A program made the translations under genes and the position numbers. This document shows positions 27,752-42,575 of a DNA stretch of 64,000 nucleotides, one piece after another. The notes under the pieces were generated by a model. That model saw nothing but the letters and a program-made list of their open reading frames with translations. It did no database searches and was not told the origin of the DNA. Source of the stretch: Eledone cirrhosa (lineage: Eukaryota); the NCBI GenBank assembly GCA_964016885.1, contig OZ024742.1:80786001-80850000 (forward strand). The letters run 5' to 3'. Each line of letters opens with the position of its first letter. Positions within the stretch are counted from its first letter, which is position 1.

Positions 27752-28840
27752 TTTTGAGTTTGTCTCCTAAAAATACGGATGAAACCATGGTAGAGATATA
27801 ATTACGGTATGTACACATTTCTTCTAAGTTTAATTTTACACATAATTGTGTATGGTTGATGATATATTTAGTCAGTTTCTACATGCTGTCGAAATGTTGG
27901 ATAAATACTCTATTGAGGCCACCGCGAAGAGGCCACTTTCGGTTATTTGTCGGAGATTTCTTCATAAGAGCCTTTCTTCTTATAGCTTGTTCTAATTGAT
28001 TTTTTATATGGTTAATTATGCTAATTGGAAGAGGAATTGGTATATATTTTATCTAATAATTCTAAGGACATGATTTATGATATATTGCTCTGATTATTTA
28101 ATTTATTAATTTTTCATAGAGCTTAAAAGTGACCGGTTGCAACATATATATCTATAACTTTATGTATATGTAAACCTTTATATTTAATAATCTCCCGTTA
28201 GGTTGAGATTCAATTTGGCGATATTTGGCTGCGCTTTCTAGCAACAAGTCTACCCGCCGTAAGCAACCAATCACATCCTTTCTAGCTTGACCACAGCCAG
28301 ATAGCGATTCTTAGCCATTTTTTAATCTAATTTTGGCGCGATCAGGTTGGAGAACTATATGTCTGATTTTGAGTTTGTCTCCTGATGAATCCTAACTCAA
28401 GACATTCCTATTAATTGGATGTCTAAAAATACGAATGAAACCATGGTAGAGATATAATTACGGTATGTACACGTTTCTTTTAAGTTTAATTTTACACATA
28501 ATTGTGTATGGTTGATGATATATTTAGTCAGTTTCTACATGCTGTCGAAATGTTGGATACATACTCTATTGAGGCCACCGCGAAGAGGCCACTTTCGGTT
28601 ATTTGTCGGAGATTTCTTCATAAGAGCCTTTCTTCTTATAGCTTCGTCTAATTGATTTTTTATATGGTTAATTATGCTAATTGGAAGAGGAATTGGTATA
28701 TATTTTATCTAATAATTCTAAGGACATGATTTATGATATATTGCTCTGATTATTTAATTTATTAATTCTTCATAGAGCTTAAAAGTGGCCGGTTGCAACA
28801 TATATATCTATAACTTTATGTATATGTAAACTTTTATATA
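27752..28840 (+). repeat. Partial tandem repeat, period ~656 bp, with hammerhead
   Basis: GAAACCATGGTAGAGATATAATTACGG at 27781 and 28437, each followed by ~400 bp of near-identical sequence. Confidence 0.92.
28376..28454 (+). ncRNA. Minimal hammerhead motif
   Basis: tgtctc CTGATGA atcc...gaat GAAA ccatgg TA gagata (the sister copy has ggat closing stem II). Confidence 0.78.
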
Positions 28841-29356
28841 TATATAGGTGTGTGTTTGTTTGCCTGTGTGCGTGCTTGTATATGTGTGAGTTACTGCGTG
28901 TGAGATAGTAAATGAAATTGAGTGCTTAATAGAATACCTAAAGATTTAAAAGGTAAAGAAATAGATATGTACTGTGTTCAATAATGCCTGAAATAGACAC
29001 ACTGAGACTTCAGTTGTTTCTTCATAATATAATGGATATGAACTAAAAATTGAAAACTAAAAATAATGAAATGAAGAAATAAATTATCAAACATTACGCA
29101 CATAACTATGTAAATTGTTATATCTTTATTACTCAAAAACAAACGTTAAATTATTCATAATAATTAATTCATAGAGATGGATAGGCAATACATCTAGAGG
29201 AATTTATCTTTGTAACATATTAACAACTCTATTAAATTTGTCAATTTATAATTATATTAACATTAATCAAACATGTCGAGAGCTGCATTTAAAGTGTTGA
29301 AGAAAGTAAACAAAATTCTATTACTTCCCCGACACACACACATACCTCCCCACCAC

Positions 29357-29391
<35 letters not shown>

Positions 29392-31325
29392 TATGTCTGT
29401 GGGCGTGGGTGTGTGTGTGTGTTTGTCTGTGTGCGTGTATGTGTCTATGTGTGTGTGTCTGTATGTGTCTGTAGACTTATATAAACGTTTCTGGAGATAC
29501 TTACCTTAAGGCATGCACATGAGTAATACGATGCGGAACCTCATATGTAGCGGGCTCTATGTTAGAAGACATTTTATTTTCAAATGCAAGTGAATGCCCT
29601 TCCCTTCGTTCAGATTTAATTAATTGTTAGCTGAATTTTTCATGCGTAAAAATGTTATATCTAATAGCCAATTAAAGTTAAATGTATATATATGAACATG
29701 ATATTACACTCGTATAGGTACATGAAAGTGGCTGAACACGCGTGTCTTCATTGAAGGTACATCTGATTCCTATTATCACATTCAGTTACTTTATACTCAT
29801 GTGTACACATAGATACATGCAAAAATACATACCTACATGCATATATAATAGTGACGAAGAATTACTTGGAAATTCAGCATGAAATAACTACATATGCACA
29901 TGTAGACATATATAGACATAAGCACGTGTACACATATAACACCAAATATAAGGACCCACATATAGAATAATGTCCATATCTCCACGCATGCTATACAAAC
30001 TCATATGGACTTTCTAAATATTTGCCTAGTTGTTTAAATATAAATGAAAGACAGTTGTCGCTATGTTAGAAACCATCTCTCTCCGCTGCTGAACTTTTAT
30101 GAATAATAAAAACAGTAGAAAACACATTCATATATACATGCAACTTACACACACACATACACACACACACACATGCATGCATAAATAAATGCATACACAC
30201 GTCTATACATGCATAAAAACATAAATACATACCTACATACATACATATGTACATACATACATATATACTTAGTTGCATACTTACATTAATTATTCATTCA
30301 AGTACTGTGTTACAACAATCGATACTATTTGAAAAATGAAAATCATTCCGTATAAATGTAGGTGATACTTTATGTTTGTTGAATCTGTGAGAATTCGCAG
30401 TCAGATATAAATCTACATTCTAAGAGAGATGTTGATTAACGTAATCCTTTATATACTGATAAACTCTAATAAATACACAGTTTTCATGGTCAGAAAATCT
30501 CTGAACAAATAAGCCACAGTCACGCATTGATACATGCTATTTCAAAAAGATCCACTGCTAAACAAATATGAGGAAAACAGGGGATTGTCTGAAGGAAAAC
30601 AGGAACACAAGAATATAATCACACACAGAGCAGAAAACATTCTCCTGCTTCAAACAAACTAAGTTTATCCAGGCAATTCCCAAACATCACACAATTTACA
30701 ACCTAAAAATACATAAAATCCAGATGGATTAGAGGGAAATGATAGATAAGATATGTTCCATAAAGTGTGCATTCAGTTGGTTAAGACACACATTTCTTGA
30801 GCTTCCACCGACCTCCCTCCTTCAATTTTTATTGCGATAAAGGACATGTGTTAATACTATTCATTGCCCATACCTCCTGATTTTAAAGAACTTAAGAATT
30901 TAAACTACTGATAAACGTGCCAACATTATATCTAATATTGGGGTTCGTAATTCAGGACCTAGACTTTACAAACGCATATAAAATGGGCTTACGAAAATAC
31001 ATCATAATCAGTTAGGAGTGTATCCCTGCAGAATAGATGATGGGGTACAATATCGGTTCCCGTGATATCTAATTTATTCCACATCCTAGGAACACGATCT
31101 GCATTATTATTTCCATCTAGATCAAATGAAATACCAGTAATACACTGGAATAATTGCTGGCGTTGTGCCAAAAGTAGAAAAAATTATATCCATCTACATA
31201 TATTCTATACTATATAATTCTACGAGTTCTCTAAGAGTAAAGCGAAGTGATTCTAAACCAACAGTATAGTTGGAAGATATTCAGGCTCAGCCTGAATAAT
31301 CAGATACACACCTTGCTATAGATAT

Positions 31326-31633
31326 CAGAGGTTCTCAAACATTTGGGACCCAAACCCCTCACGGCCGCATAATACCCTCAACCGTGTAACCTCTATTACC
31401 GGAGAGACCTGCCTACATGCAAATTGTAAATAATATGTAATAAATAAAATCGTTAATTTATATAAAACTATGTATAAATAAATATTATATATATTTTTTT
31501 TAATTTACTGTATATATATATACTATGTATACTATTATATCCTCTCAACCGACCCCGCACCACCCTCTTAGGCTCCGGTGTCCCCCGAAAACTCCCTCCC
31601 AGGGGGCGGTAGCGCCCACTTTAAAAACCTCTG
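31326..31633. mobile_element. Non-autonomous hAT-like MITE
   Basis: Imperfect TIRs CAGAGGTTCTCAAA / TTTAAAAACCTCTG, resembling Charlie/MER5-type ends. The 8-bp flanks match only partly. Confidence 0.6.
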
Positions 31634-32185
31634 CTATATATGAAGTCAAATTAATTGTGTTCTTCAGAACTATGACTCAAATTACCCCAGCATAATCGCA
31701 TAAATCTTATACCATTGATTAAGAGGACGCTCAACGTCACCTATGATAAGTTGTCATACAACGTACATTCTATATAATTGTACAACCACCAGCATCTCCT
31801 TAGGTAAATAGTATTGTACGGACATAGGAGAAAAAATCTACCAACTGATATCTTCAAAAGAATATATTATGCCCATGCAACCAATATAACAACAGGGTAT
31901 ACTCGTAGCCTATAGACCAAAATAATGATAAACAATATTATGAAGAAACATCCAATATAAACCATTAAACTACAAATTAATAAAAAAACTAGTAAAAAGT
32001 GAGGTGAAATGTCTAACTAATACATAATATATAATAAATCTAAATTCCGTAACAAAATTCAGCTAACCAATCTCAACAAAAAATATTAAGATATAAAAAT
32101 TGATGAGCAGAAGAAACAAACATTAAACAATCCTTTAAATAAATCATAAAATAATTTAAATATCTACCTGTTCATAATGCTATTA

Positions 32186-33880
<1,695 letters not shown>

Positions 33881-33889
33881 AATTTATAT

Positions 33890-33931
<42 letters not shown>

Positions 33932-34214
33932 CATACATACTAATAAAGCTGACGGCTTTATTAGTATGTATGTAACAAACCTTTCGCCAAACGCCCGAAC
34001 CAAACAGCACACAATTTGCACCATAGATGTAACTTTTTCCAAGCAAGAAAGTAAGGGTATTTTTCTCGACTAAATTTTGTTAAAAGATTAAAGATATTAT
34101 TGAAATATTCACTTCTTTAAAATGTTCAAATGTCAACATTTCCGGTTATACGACATTTCTCTCTTTCTGTTTTAGTCTGTTTTTTAGATAGATAAATAGC
34201 TATAACGTCGAGCC

Positions 34215-34538
34215 TGATTTCCCATAAAGTCAGAAAACAGCACGGCTCACGTGACTTTCGGAAATATTTGTTCACGCTCAGAGTTGCTGAAGCATGGAAC
34301 AAACTACCTGCATCAGTTGTTAGCTGTTGAAACACTACATCCTTTAAAACGTCCATGCTTCCTGAGATTCGCCAATACGACACATCGTACATACATACGC
34401 ACACTTGTGCATCATGACTCATACACTATTCATTTCCCTGACATCTGTATATTATTCTATGTACTATACATGCACCTTTCACGAGTTGTAGTGCACCTGA
34501 GCACTGCACACAGTGATTTCATCATTCATTATTATTTT
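34215..34538 (+). mobile_element. CR1-like LINE 3' end
   Basis: Translates HKVRKQHGSRDFRKYLFTLRVAEAWNKLPASVV...SFK, followed by an (ATT)n-like tail. Confidence 0.7.
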
Positions 34539-34540
34539 CA

Positions 34541-34715
34541 GGGCGGTGAATTGGCAGTATCGGTAAGAGGGTCGGACATGCTTTCCAGCATAGTTACGCC
34601 CCTTTACAATCTGAGTTCAAATCCCGCTGAGGTTAACTTTGGCTTTCACCCATACGGGCTCGATAAAATAAAGTACCAGTAATGTACTGGGTTATTGCTG
34701 GCCTTCTGCCAAAAA
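34541..34715 (+). mobile_element. OR1-like SINE
   Basis: GGCGGTGAATTGGCAG...GAGTTCAAATCC...ATAAAATAAAGTACCAG. Confidence 0.88.
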
Positions 34716-34801
34716 TACATAGCTATAACGCCGCGTGCTTATAATACTTGCCTGTATGTATGTCTGTTTGTATTGACTTCGCTTCTAACCAACTTTTAAT
34801 T

Positions 34802-34864
<63 letters not shown>

Positions 34865-34882
34865 GAGAGAGAGAGAGAGAGA

Positions 34883-35576
34883 GAATTCACAAGAATCAAA
34901 GCTATGTTCCAAGCACTTATTAACTTACAATTGTTTTATCCAAACCTAGGCTTGGAGTCTTCGGACCATTTTTCAATATTTGTACACATGATTGACCTCC
35001 TTTCCAACGCAAGAGACTTACAGATACATATGTATATATTGATGTACAGTGGAGTGACATATATTATATTATATTACTTCCGTATAGCAATTCTAATTCA
35101 AAGTCAAGATCAATATCAAAATTACAACAAAATTAAAATTAAAACAGAATACCTTACCACTGCAACCTCCATAATACTCTTACTTACCCACATAAAGTGC
35201 TTGTATTACATGTAAAACTCTGCCACACAATAAACATATAAAAACTACTACATCTGACTAACAAACTATCCTCTTGCATTATCTATGTCAACTGCAGAAT
35301 GTATTTTAATTTTGTTTTAATTTTAATTTTGTGTAATTTTGATATTGATCTTGACTTTGAATTTGAATTGCTATACGGAAGTAATATAATATAATATATG
35401 TCACTCCACTGTATATCAACATATACATAGGTATCTGTATGTCTCTTGCGTTGGAAAGGAGGTCAATCATGTGTACAAACATTGAAAAATGCTCCGAAGG
35501 CTCCAAGCCTAGGTTTGGATGAAACGATTGTAAGTTAATAAATGCTTTGAACATAGCTTTGATTTTTGTGAATTCT
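34883..35576. repeat. Diverged inverted repeat (~265-bp arms) with variant hammerhead-like motif
   Basis: 34883-35145 versus 35304-35576, both ending in GAATTC. Confidence 0.88.
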
Positions 35577-35732
35577 ATATAAGTGGTCTGTAGAACAACT
35601 GATGTTATTACATTGAGCTATTTATCTCACTGGTAATAAGGTAGTAATTAATTACTGACCATCATTGTTTAGGGTTGAAAATATATATAACTATAACACG
35701 TTTTAGTAGATACATAACCATAAATAGAATCC

Positions 35733-35854
<122 letters not shown>

Positions 35855-35928
35855 GTATATATATATATATATATATATAAAATAAAGTTAAATAAAAGTC
35901 AAATGATTAAAAGTTAGCTTCGTTTATT

Positions 35929-35983
35929 ACTGCTATATATATTTCAGTGACAGCCATCTTTGGCTGTGACCTCTTCAGGCAGT
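35929..35983 (-). ncRNA. Hammerhead motif (mirror of 36217)
   Basis: Reverse complement of 36217-36271. Confidence 0.8.
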
Positions 35984-36216
35984 TTGAATTAGTATGGTAT
36001 AGACAAGTACATATGTTTTTAGGTGTATGATATTGTCAATACTCTGATATTCCCAGTTCCTTGTTGGGTTGTTAATTCACTGAGGAACTGGAGTCATATA
36101 ATATGACTCCAGTTCCTCAGTGAATTAACAACCCAACAAGGAACTGGGTATATCAGAGTATTGACAATATCATACACCTAAAAACATATGTACTTGTCTA
36201 TACCATACTAATTCAA

Positions 36217-36271
36217 ACTGCCTGAAGAGGTCACAGCCAAAGATGGCTGTCACTGAAATATATATAGCAGT
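36217..36271 (+). ncRNA. Minimal hammerhead motif
   Basis: actgc CTGAAGA g-gtcacagcca-aaga-tggctgtcac-t GAAA tatata TA gcagt. Confidence 0.85.
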
Positions 36272-36425
36272 AATAAACGAAGCTAAACTTTAATCATTTG
36301 ACTTTTATTTAACTTTATTTTACACTACTCCGGATTAACCAAACCAATCTGCGCACTTCGTCGAGTGCTCCAGCCTGCGTACTGAGGTGTTGGTATACAA
36401 CCAACATAAACTCTAAATCAAAATC

Positions 36426-36499
<74 letters not shown>

Positions 36500-36534
36500 T
36501 ATATATATAAATAAATATATATATATATACACTT

Positions 36535-36725
36535 ATATTTTCATGTATATATTTTCAACAGTATTAATGTACTGTACTTTATATTTTCAACAGTAATACT
36601 ATACTATATATTTTCAGCAGTAATACTGCATTGTACTATATATTTTCAACAATAATGGTACACTATATATTTTCAAAAATAATACTGTACTATACTATAT
36701 ATTTTCAACAGTAATACTATACTAC
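36535..36725. repeat. ~25-35-bp minisatellite
   Basis: TATATTTTCAACAGTAATACT(G/A)TAC variants repeated about 6 times. Confidence 0.8.
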
Positions 36726-36801
36726 ACAGATGGCTAATCAACTGTTTATCCAAGCGAAGCTAGGTGCGTCACCTATATATATATATATTTATATATATAT
36801 A

Positions 36802-36842
<41 letters not shown>

Positions 36843-36846
<4 letters not shown>

Positions 36847-37027
36847 AAAATTATGACCCGACGGCAGAGCTCAAGCCGTTCCGACGGCTATTTCTGGAAA
36901 TAGCCGTCGAAAAGGCTTGGGCTCTACCGTCGGGGTCATACTTTTTCCTATTTCCCACTCTACTACCCTAAGTATTGAGTACTCTTGTGCGTTATGGTCC
37001 ATCAGGTTCCTTACCACAATTCATTTG

Positions 37028-37030
<3 letters not shown>
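36843..37030. repeat. GC-rich hairpin element of a dispersed family
   Basis: TATGACCCGACGGCAGAGCTCAAGCC...GGCTTGGGCTCTACCGTCGGGGTCATA; homologue at 27568-27742. Confidence 0.8.
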
Positions 37031-37060
<30 letters not shown>

Positions 37061-37063
<3 letters not shown>

Positions 37064-37274
37064 ATGCCAAGAAATCCCAGTAGGAGTAAGACGCAGGAGA
37101 GGTAGACACGTAAAACATGAGCGGTGGTGGTGAGAGCAGACCTTATATCGCTATAACTCACCGAGGATTTGACGAATGGCCGTGACAAGTGGAGAGATGC
37201 TGTGCTGATTAGGAACCGTCCAACCCTTGTAAGCAGGGAAAAGCGGACGTAAAATGATGATAATGATGATGATG
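37061..37274 (+). mobile_element. RTE-like LINE 3' end
   Basis: GTCCAACCCTTGTAAGCAGGGAAAAGCGGACGTAAAA followed by a (TGA)n tail. Confidence 0.6.
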
Positions 37275-37430
37275 CTTGTGTTTTTTATGCCCAACTTCAA
37301 GCTGGCTGATGATTCATTAGGTTTATCACCGAAATATATATATAACAACAATTATAAATAAACAAAGTGAATTACAATCTGTTGAATTGTACTTCATGAT
37401 TATACATACATTATATATGCATATATACAT

Positions 37431-37509
<79 letters not shown>

Positions 37510-37513
37510 TATA

Positions 37514-38222
37514 TTCCAAAAGCCAAAAAAGAAATAGAACTAGGAATATAATATGGTTTGCCCCCCCTTTCTCACTAAACATTAAAACCCACATCGCTAA
37601 ACTATTTTTTAATGCTCTTGATAATCGCTTCCCTAGAACACATAGGTATCACTCAATTTTCAATAGACATACTATAAAATTAACTTACTCATCCACCAAA
37701 AATTTAGCACAAAATATTAATAGAATAAATAATAGGAATTTAAAACCTAGCCAAAATACCGATAATAGCATAAATAATATCCAAGTAAACAAATGTAACT
37801 GTAGAGATAATTCTAAATGTCCGTTAAATAACAATTGCTTAGTTAAAAATATAATATACAACTGTAATGTTAAAACGGACTTAAATTATTTTAACTATGT
37901 TGGTTCCACCTCGACAGAATTTAAACTTCGCTATAATAACCACAAGAATTCTTTCACAGATCCAAGCAAAAAATCTTCAACATCACTATCAGGCTTACTC
38001 TGGCAATTTAGGCATGATAACGTTGGATATTCGACGGCTTGGAATATAGTCTCAAGAGGGATTCCTTTTAATTCATCCTCTGAGACATGTGACCTCTGCG
38101 CGGAGGAGATATTCTTTATACTAAAATCTAAAAATTCCCTTAATTTACGGACCAATTTATTCAGTTGCTGCAGACATAGATTGAACTCAACTTTTAAATA
38201 TAAATATAAATTTAAAATGTAG
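37514..38222 (+). CDS. Open frame without start codon: PLE RT C-terminus plus GIY-YIG endonuclease (Hydra-like)
   Basis: RNRTRNIIWFAPPF...FNRHTIKLTYS...CNCRDNSKCPLNNNCLVKNIIY...YVGSTSTEFKLRYNNHKNSF...CDLCAEE...CCRH, ending at TAG 38220-38222. Missing from the ORF track. Confidence 0.88.
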
Positions 38223-39576
38223 TATATTTAATTTGATTTATAATTATTTATGAAACTCGCCGATAAATCTTTCGATTTCTTTTTTATTTTAAACATTCTT
38301 CATGAATAATTAAACTACCCTAAAAGCTGATGCTCCAAATATATCGAATAAATTTTACACTAGATAAACTTCTATATTAAATATAAGACCATCTGTAGAT
38401 CAAATGGGTATCCTAAACTTTTGGAATGATTTCTGCTAGACAGGATTTGGTAAATAATTTTGGTTTTGTTTGCTTTTAATTCTGATGCTTATAACGAACT
38501 TGGCAATATATTGTGAATTAACTTTGAAGGGTTGATCTCTGTGGTTGATTTGCGGGGCATACCATGTTTTATTTTTATATTTTTAATATTTTTATTTTTA
38601 ATATTTTTTTGTTTTTTTATTTTTTTATTTCTGATATTTTTATTGATATATTGATATCTGTTCTCTATTTATGCTTGAACGATAATCATGTAGAGTAAAG
38701 ACAAGAATAGTATTGTTAAAATTAATGTAGACTCTATATATATTTGTGTGTATGTACACATATATGTATACTAGAATTTTTATAGCACAATGAGAATGTT
38801 TTCGTGTGAAATAGGAATTTGCAGAGTTGATCACGTAAATCCACATGGATGTCTATAGTATCGAATCTGGGATAACCTTCTATTTTATCTCAACTCTGAT
38901 ATAAACCTAGGAATTTTAAACTAGACATATGATCATTATTTTTCACACATTATTGATACGTGTCTCATTCATGAATACTGATATTTACATTATAATGCCT
39001 GATTCATACGAATTGATATTTTTACATTGATGAAACATAATGTTTTAAATCTGCCTCGTTTATGTCTGGATATTTTTCTTTTCTCTCTATGTAACGGCTG
39101 TTTTCTCTCCTAACCACATATATCTCTCTCTACATTAATACTAGAGCTAAATAAATAAATAAATAAATAAATATATCATTGATACGTCATTCAACTGGTG
39201 CCCAACTACCTATTTTCTTTCTCTCTATCTCTATCTATATTTTCTTTCTCTCTATCTCTATCTATATCTATCTCTCTCTATTTTTTCTCTCTCTCTCTCT
39301 TCTCTCTCTCTCTATCTATCTATCTCCCTCTGTGTTCTTTTCCTCTATCTATATATCTCTCTCTGTTTCTTTACATGGATTTCTTCTCTCTATCTATCTC
39401 TCTATATATCTATCTCTCTCTATTTAGTTGCATGCATTTCTTCTTTTTCTTCGTTTTTTTCTTTCTTTCTTTTTATAACTGTCCCTAATATTTTTCACTA
39501 CCAAATCAACTTTTTAAATGGAAGTTGAAGTTGAAAGGTATGTCAAATCTATCTATTTATAAGACTGTTTATATTG

Positions 39577-39642
39577 TATTTTGTCTGAAGAAGGCATAAC
39601 TTATTTTTAATATGATATCCCTGAAATATATATAATGAAATA
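39577..39642 (+). ncRNA. Minimal hammerhead motif
   Basis: tattttgt CTGAAGA agg...cct GAAA tatata TA atgaaata. Confidence 0.72.
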
Positions 39643-39768
39643 AATATGGTTTTATAAATATAGTTTCCATTTATTTAATATCGTAAATATACTCCAAATA
39701 CTTGTTGAGTGCTTTTATATCAGTTATAAATATTTACTCGTTGTAACCCAACAATTTAAATAAAACTT

Positions 39769-39823
<55 letters not shown>

Positions 39824-40285
39824 ATCAAATATATAGAATTACATATACATAAACTAGACAGAGCCATAGATATATATATATATATATATGTGTGTATGTG
39901 TGTGTGTGTATGTGTGTGTTTGGCAACCATTCACGATGTGGCTTAATGACGAATTAATTAATTAAATAATCAAGAATCAGTGCAATATACAAGAAAGTAC
40001 GTTCATAGACCCATTTCATAAAATATATACAGTATTTCCTCTCCCAATCAGCATAATCAGCCACACAACAAATCAATTAAACAAGGCTATAAGATTCAAA
40101 GGCACCTATGATGAAACAATAGATAAATAAACAATAGCTATTTTAATCGCGATCAATAACCACAGAATATTTACCCATTATTTCTAATAGCCCGTGGAAA
40201 TCGATTAGATATATAGCCAATCCATACACAATTAGTTACAAACTCAAAGTTAGAAGAAAAAATGTATATAAGCATACCACAATTC

Positions 40286-40370
40286 TGTCTCTACCCCTTG
40301 GGGTTTCATTCGCTTTTTGGAAATATCCGATCAAGGTTAAATTCACGAGGTTAGAAATAATCAGGAAACA
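40286..40370 (-). ncRNA. Decayed hammerhead, homologue of 28376
   Basis: tgtttc CTGATTA ...gcgaat GAAA cccc-aa-gggg TA gagaca. Confidence 0.55.
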
Positions 40371-40633
40371 AACTCAATTAGACAACGATTTTTCTTAAAT
40401 GATCCCCACCAGAAAGGAATTCAAAATGGCTAAGAACTGTGACGTGGCTAGTGGTCAAGTCAGAAAGTTTGTGATTGGTGCCTTACGGCGAGTGGGCTGG
40501 TTGCTAGAAATGATAAATAAATAAATAAAGGAAGGGAGTCTCCCTTCCTTTATTTATTTATCATTAACAATATTATTGATGTCGTAATTTGAATTTTTAA
40601 ATTTACCATTACGCATATATTTTATATTTCTTA

Positions 40634-40744
40634 ATGGTTTCTGATGAAATGATTAAAATTAAATGTATTGTAAATTGAGTTATACTGTCTCCAGTATTTG
40701 GGAATTTATAGACAATTCTATCATGGAAACAATTGTAAGACTGT
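40634..40744 (+). ncRNA. Hammerhead motif with long stem II
   Basis: atggttt CTGATGA a-atgat...atcat-g GAAA caattg TA agactgt. Confidence 0.7.
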
Positions 40745-40964
40745 AAATAATTACCCTTGTTTGTGCTGTCAACCATGTTATTCTTAACTTTTGTATTACT
40801 CCAAGATATATTTATATAGGAATACAAGCGAAGTCATGAAATCGTCACCAACGTAAACATCTTGTTGAGTTACACATAACCGTACGCTTAAACTATTCAT
40901 GATAAGTTGTTTTCACAGACTCTTATAGGATTACCTTTAACGAGTTATTTTTATCCTACACACG

Positions 40965-41045
<81 letters not shown>

Positions 41046-41048
<3 letters not shown>

Positions 41049-41162
41049 TTTTATAACAATATATCCCCTAGTTAACGATACGGTAATCTTATTCGTTAAT
41101 TTGTTAAATTAACGAATAAGATTACCGTATCGTTAACTAGGGGATATATTGTTATAAAACTC
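41046..41162. repeat. Perfect inverted repeat (~55-bp arms)
   Basis: GAGTTTTATAACAAT...TTCGTTAATTT / AAATTAACGAA...ATTGTTATAAAACTC. Confidence 0.92.
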
Positions 41163-42002
41163 AATTTTGAAGGCTAATATTGTTTTTTTGTATGAACAAC
41201 TTATATATATATATATATATATATATATGTTAGAAAGTGTTTTTTTTTTACAAAATGAAAAATAACCGAGGTGTCCTACACGAGTGAAAGTATAAAGATA
41301 AAAAATTATATCGAAAATGCTTTCGCGAAAGCTGATGTGCTTATCCACGTGACTGCATCAACCAACCAAACTTCACTCATATATGTAAAAACAACCTGCC
41401 ATGTTCACTGAACCAGAACATTTCTCCCTATCCCATTTCTCTTGACCATTATCTTTTGTTTGTCATACAATTCTCTAAAAGGTTATAAATTTAATTCCCA
41501 AGTACGGGCGCGATTTTTAATGAAGTTGTTCACGTGACACCCATAATTTCATTTATAACCACTCAAATTACATTTATGAAAAAAAGCTTTCGTGAGCCCA
41601 TTTTCTTAAGTAAAAAGAAATCCAAACAAACTGGCGCGAAAGCTGATGTGCTTTTTCACGTGACTGTATAAACCAACCAAACTTCACTCATATATGAAAA
41701 AACAACCTGAGCCCTCCCCTTCTTTTTGAAGAACTTTGTAACGCCAACTGGTGCGAAATTGATTATACTTATTCACTAACCAGTCAAATTACTTCTCTAA
41801 AAACCTGGCGTTTCGAGCCACTTATTTCCATATAAAACAAGTAACATTCAAAGACCAACCAGATATGACAAAAACCACAGACCCTCCATCTCAAACCTAC
41901 TTTTGAAAAACAGAAGAACTGCGAACCCGGTAAAGGAACCAAATAAATATATATATATATTTTTTAAATAACACTGCAGCTGCATTTTCGATTTCATCTT
42001 TT

Positions 42003-42065
<63 letters not shown>

Positions 42066-42544
42066 CAATATCGGAGAAAGCTTTTTAGCGATACTCCGGC
42101 CAAATTCCAACTCACTCAACAAACATCAGGAAATAAGTGATTATATTCCCAATTATGCGTTCGGGGTGCTAACTAAAAGTATTGCGTGGAAAATTGGCTG
42201 TATTATTTCATATGAGACATATCGAATATATCTCTTCCCAGACGGACGTCTCGTTTCATTATAGGATTCCTACAATTTCGGTTAAATTATACCAATTTAT
42301 ATAGGAGCTTGTATACCATCAATAGATATATATTCAAGTGGGCTCATATAATTCATCAGTAGGTGCCCCAATAATACTAATATTGATAATCTAACCAACA
42401 TCAGTACTTAGCGATAATCATCATCTGTGCCTGAGGTATCTGTCAGGTTGCCAGTCCAGCACTTCTAAAGAAATGCTCAAACTGATTCAAAAATGAGGAA
42501 GTAAATTACCGCCAAAAAAAAATATATATATATATATTAATTAA

Positions 42545-42574
<30 letters not shown>

Positions 42575-42575
<1 letters not shown>

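Larger units (their letters stand above)
35879..36321. repeat. Near-perfect 443-bp palindrome centred at 36100
   Basis: GGAGTCATAT-A-ATATGACTCC centre; about two mismatches seen between the arms. Confidence 0.95.
37513..39771 (+). mobile_element. 5'-truncated Hydra-like PLE inserted in (TA)n
   Basis: EN-coding frame, long AT-rich 3' region, hammerhead at 39577, (TA)n on both sides. Confidence 0.75.

Noticed and set aside
30530-32180. A-rich stretch resembling decayed coding or TE sequence
   Set aside because: No recognisable protein motif could be read
36535-36725. CRISPR-like spacing of short repeats
   Set aside because: Eukaryotic context, no unique spacers and no cas genes; it is a minisatellite
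37300-37350. CTGATGA...GAAA tatata TA
   Set aside because: Core present but stems I and II pair poorly; not counted
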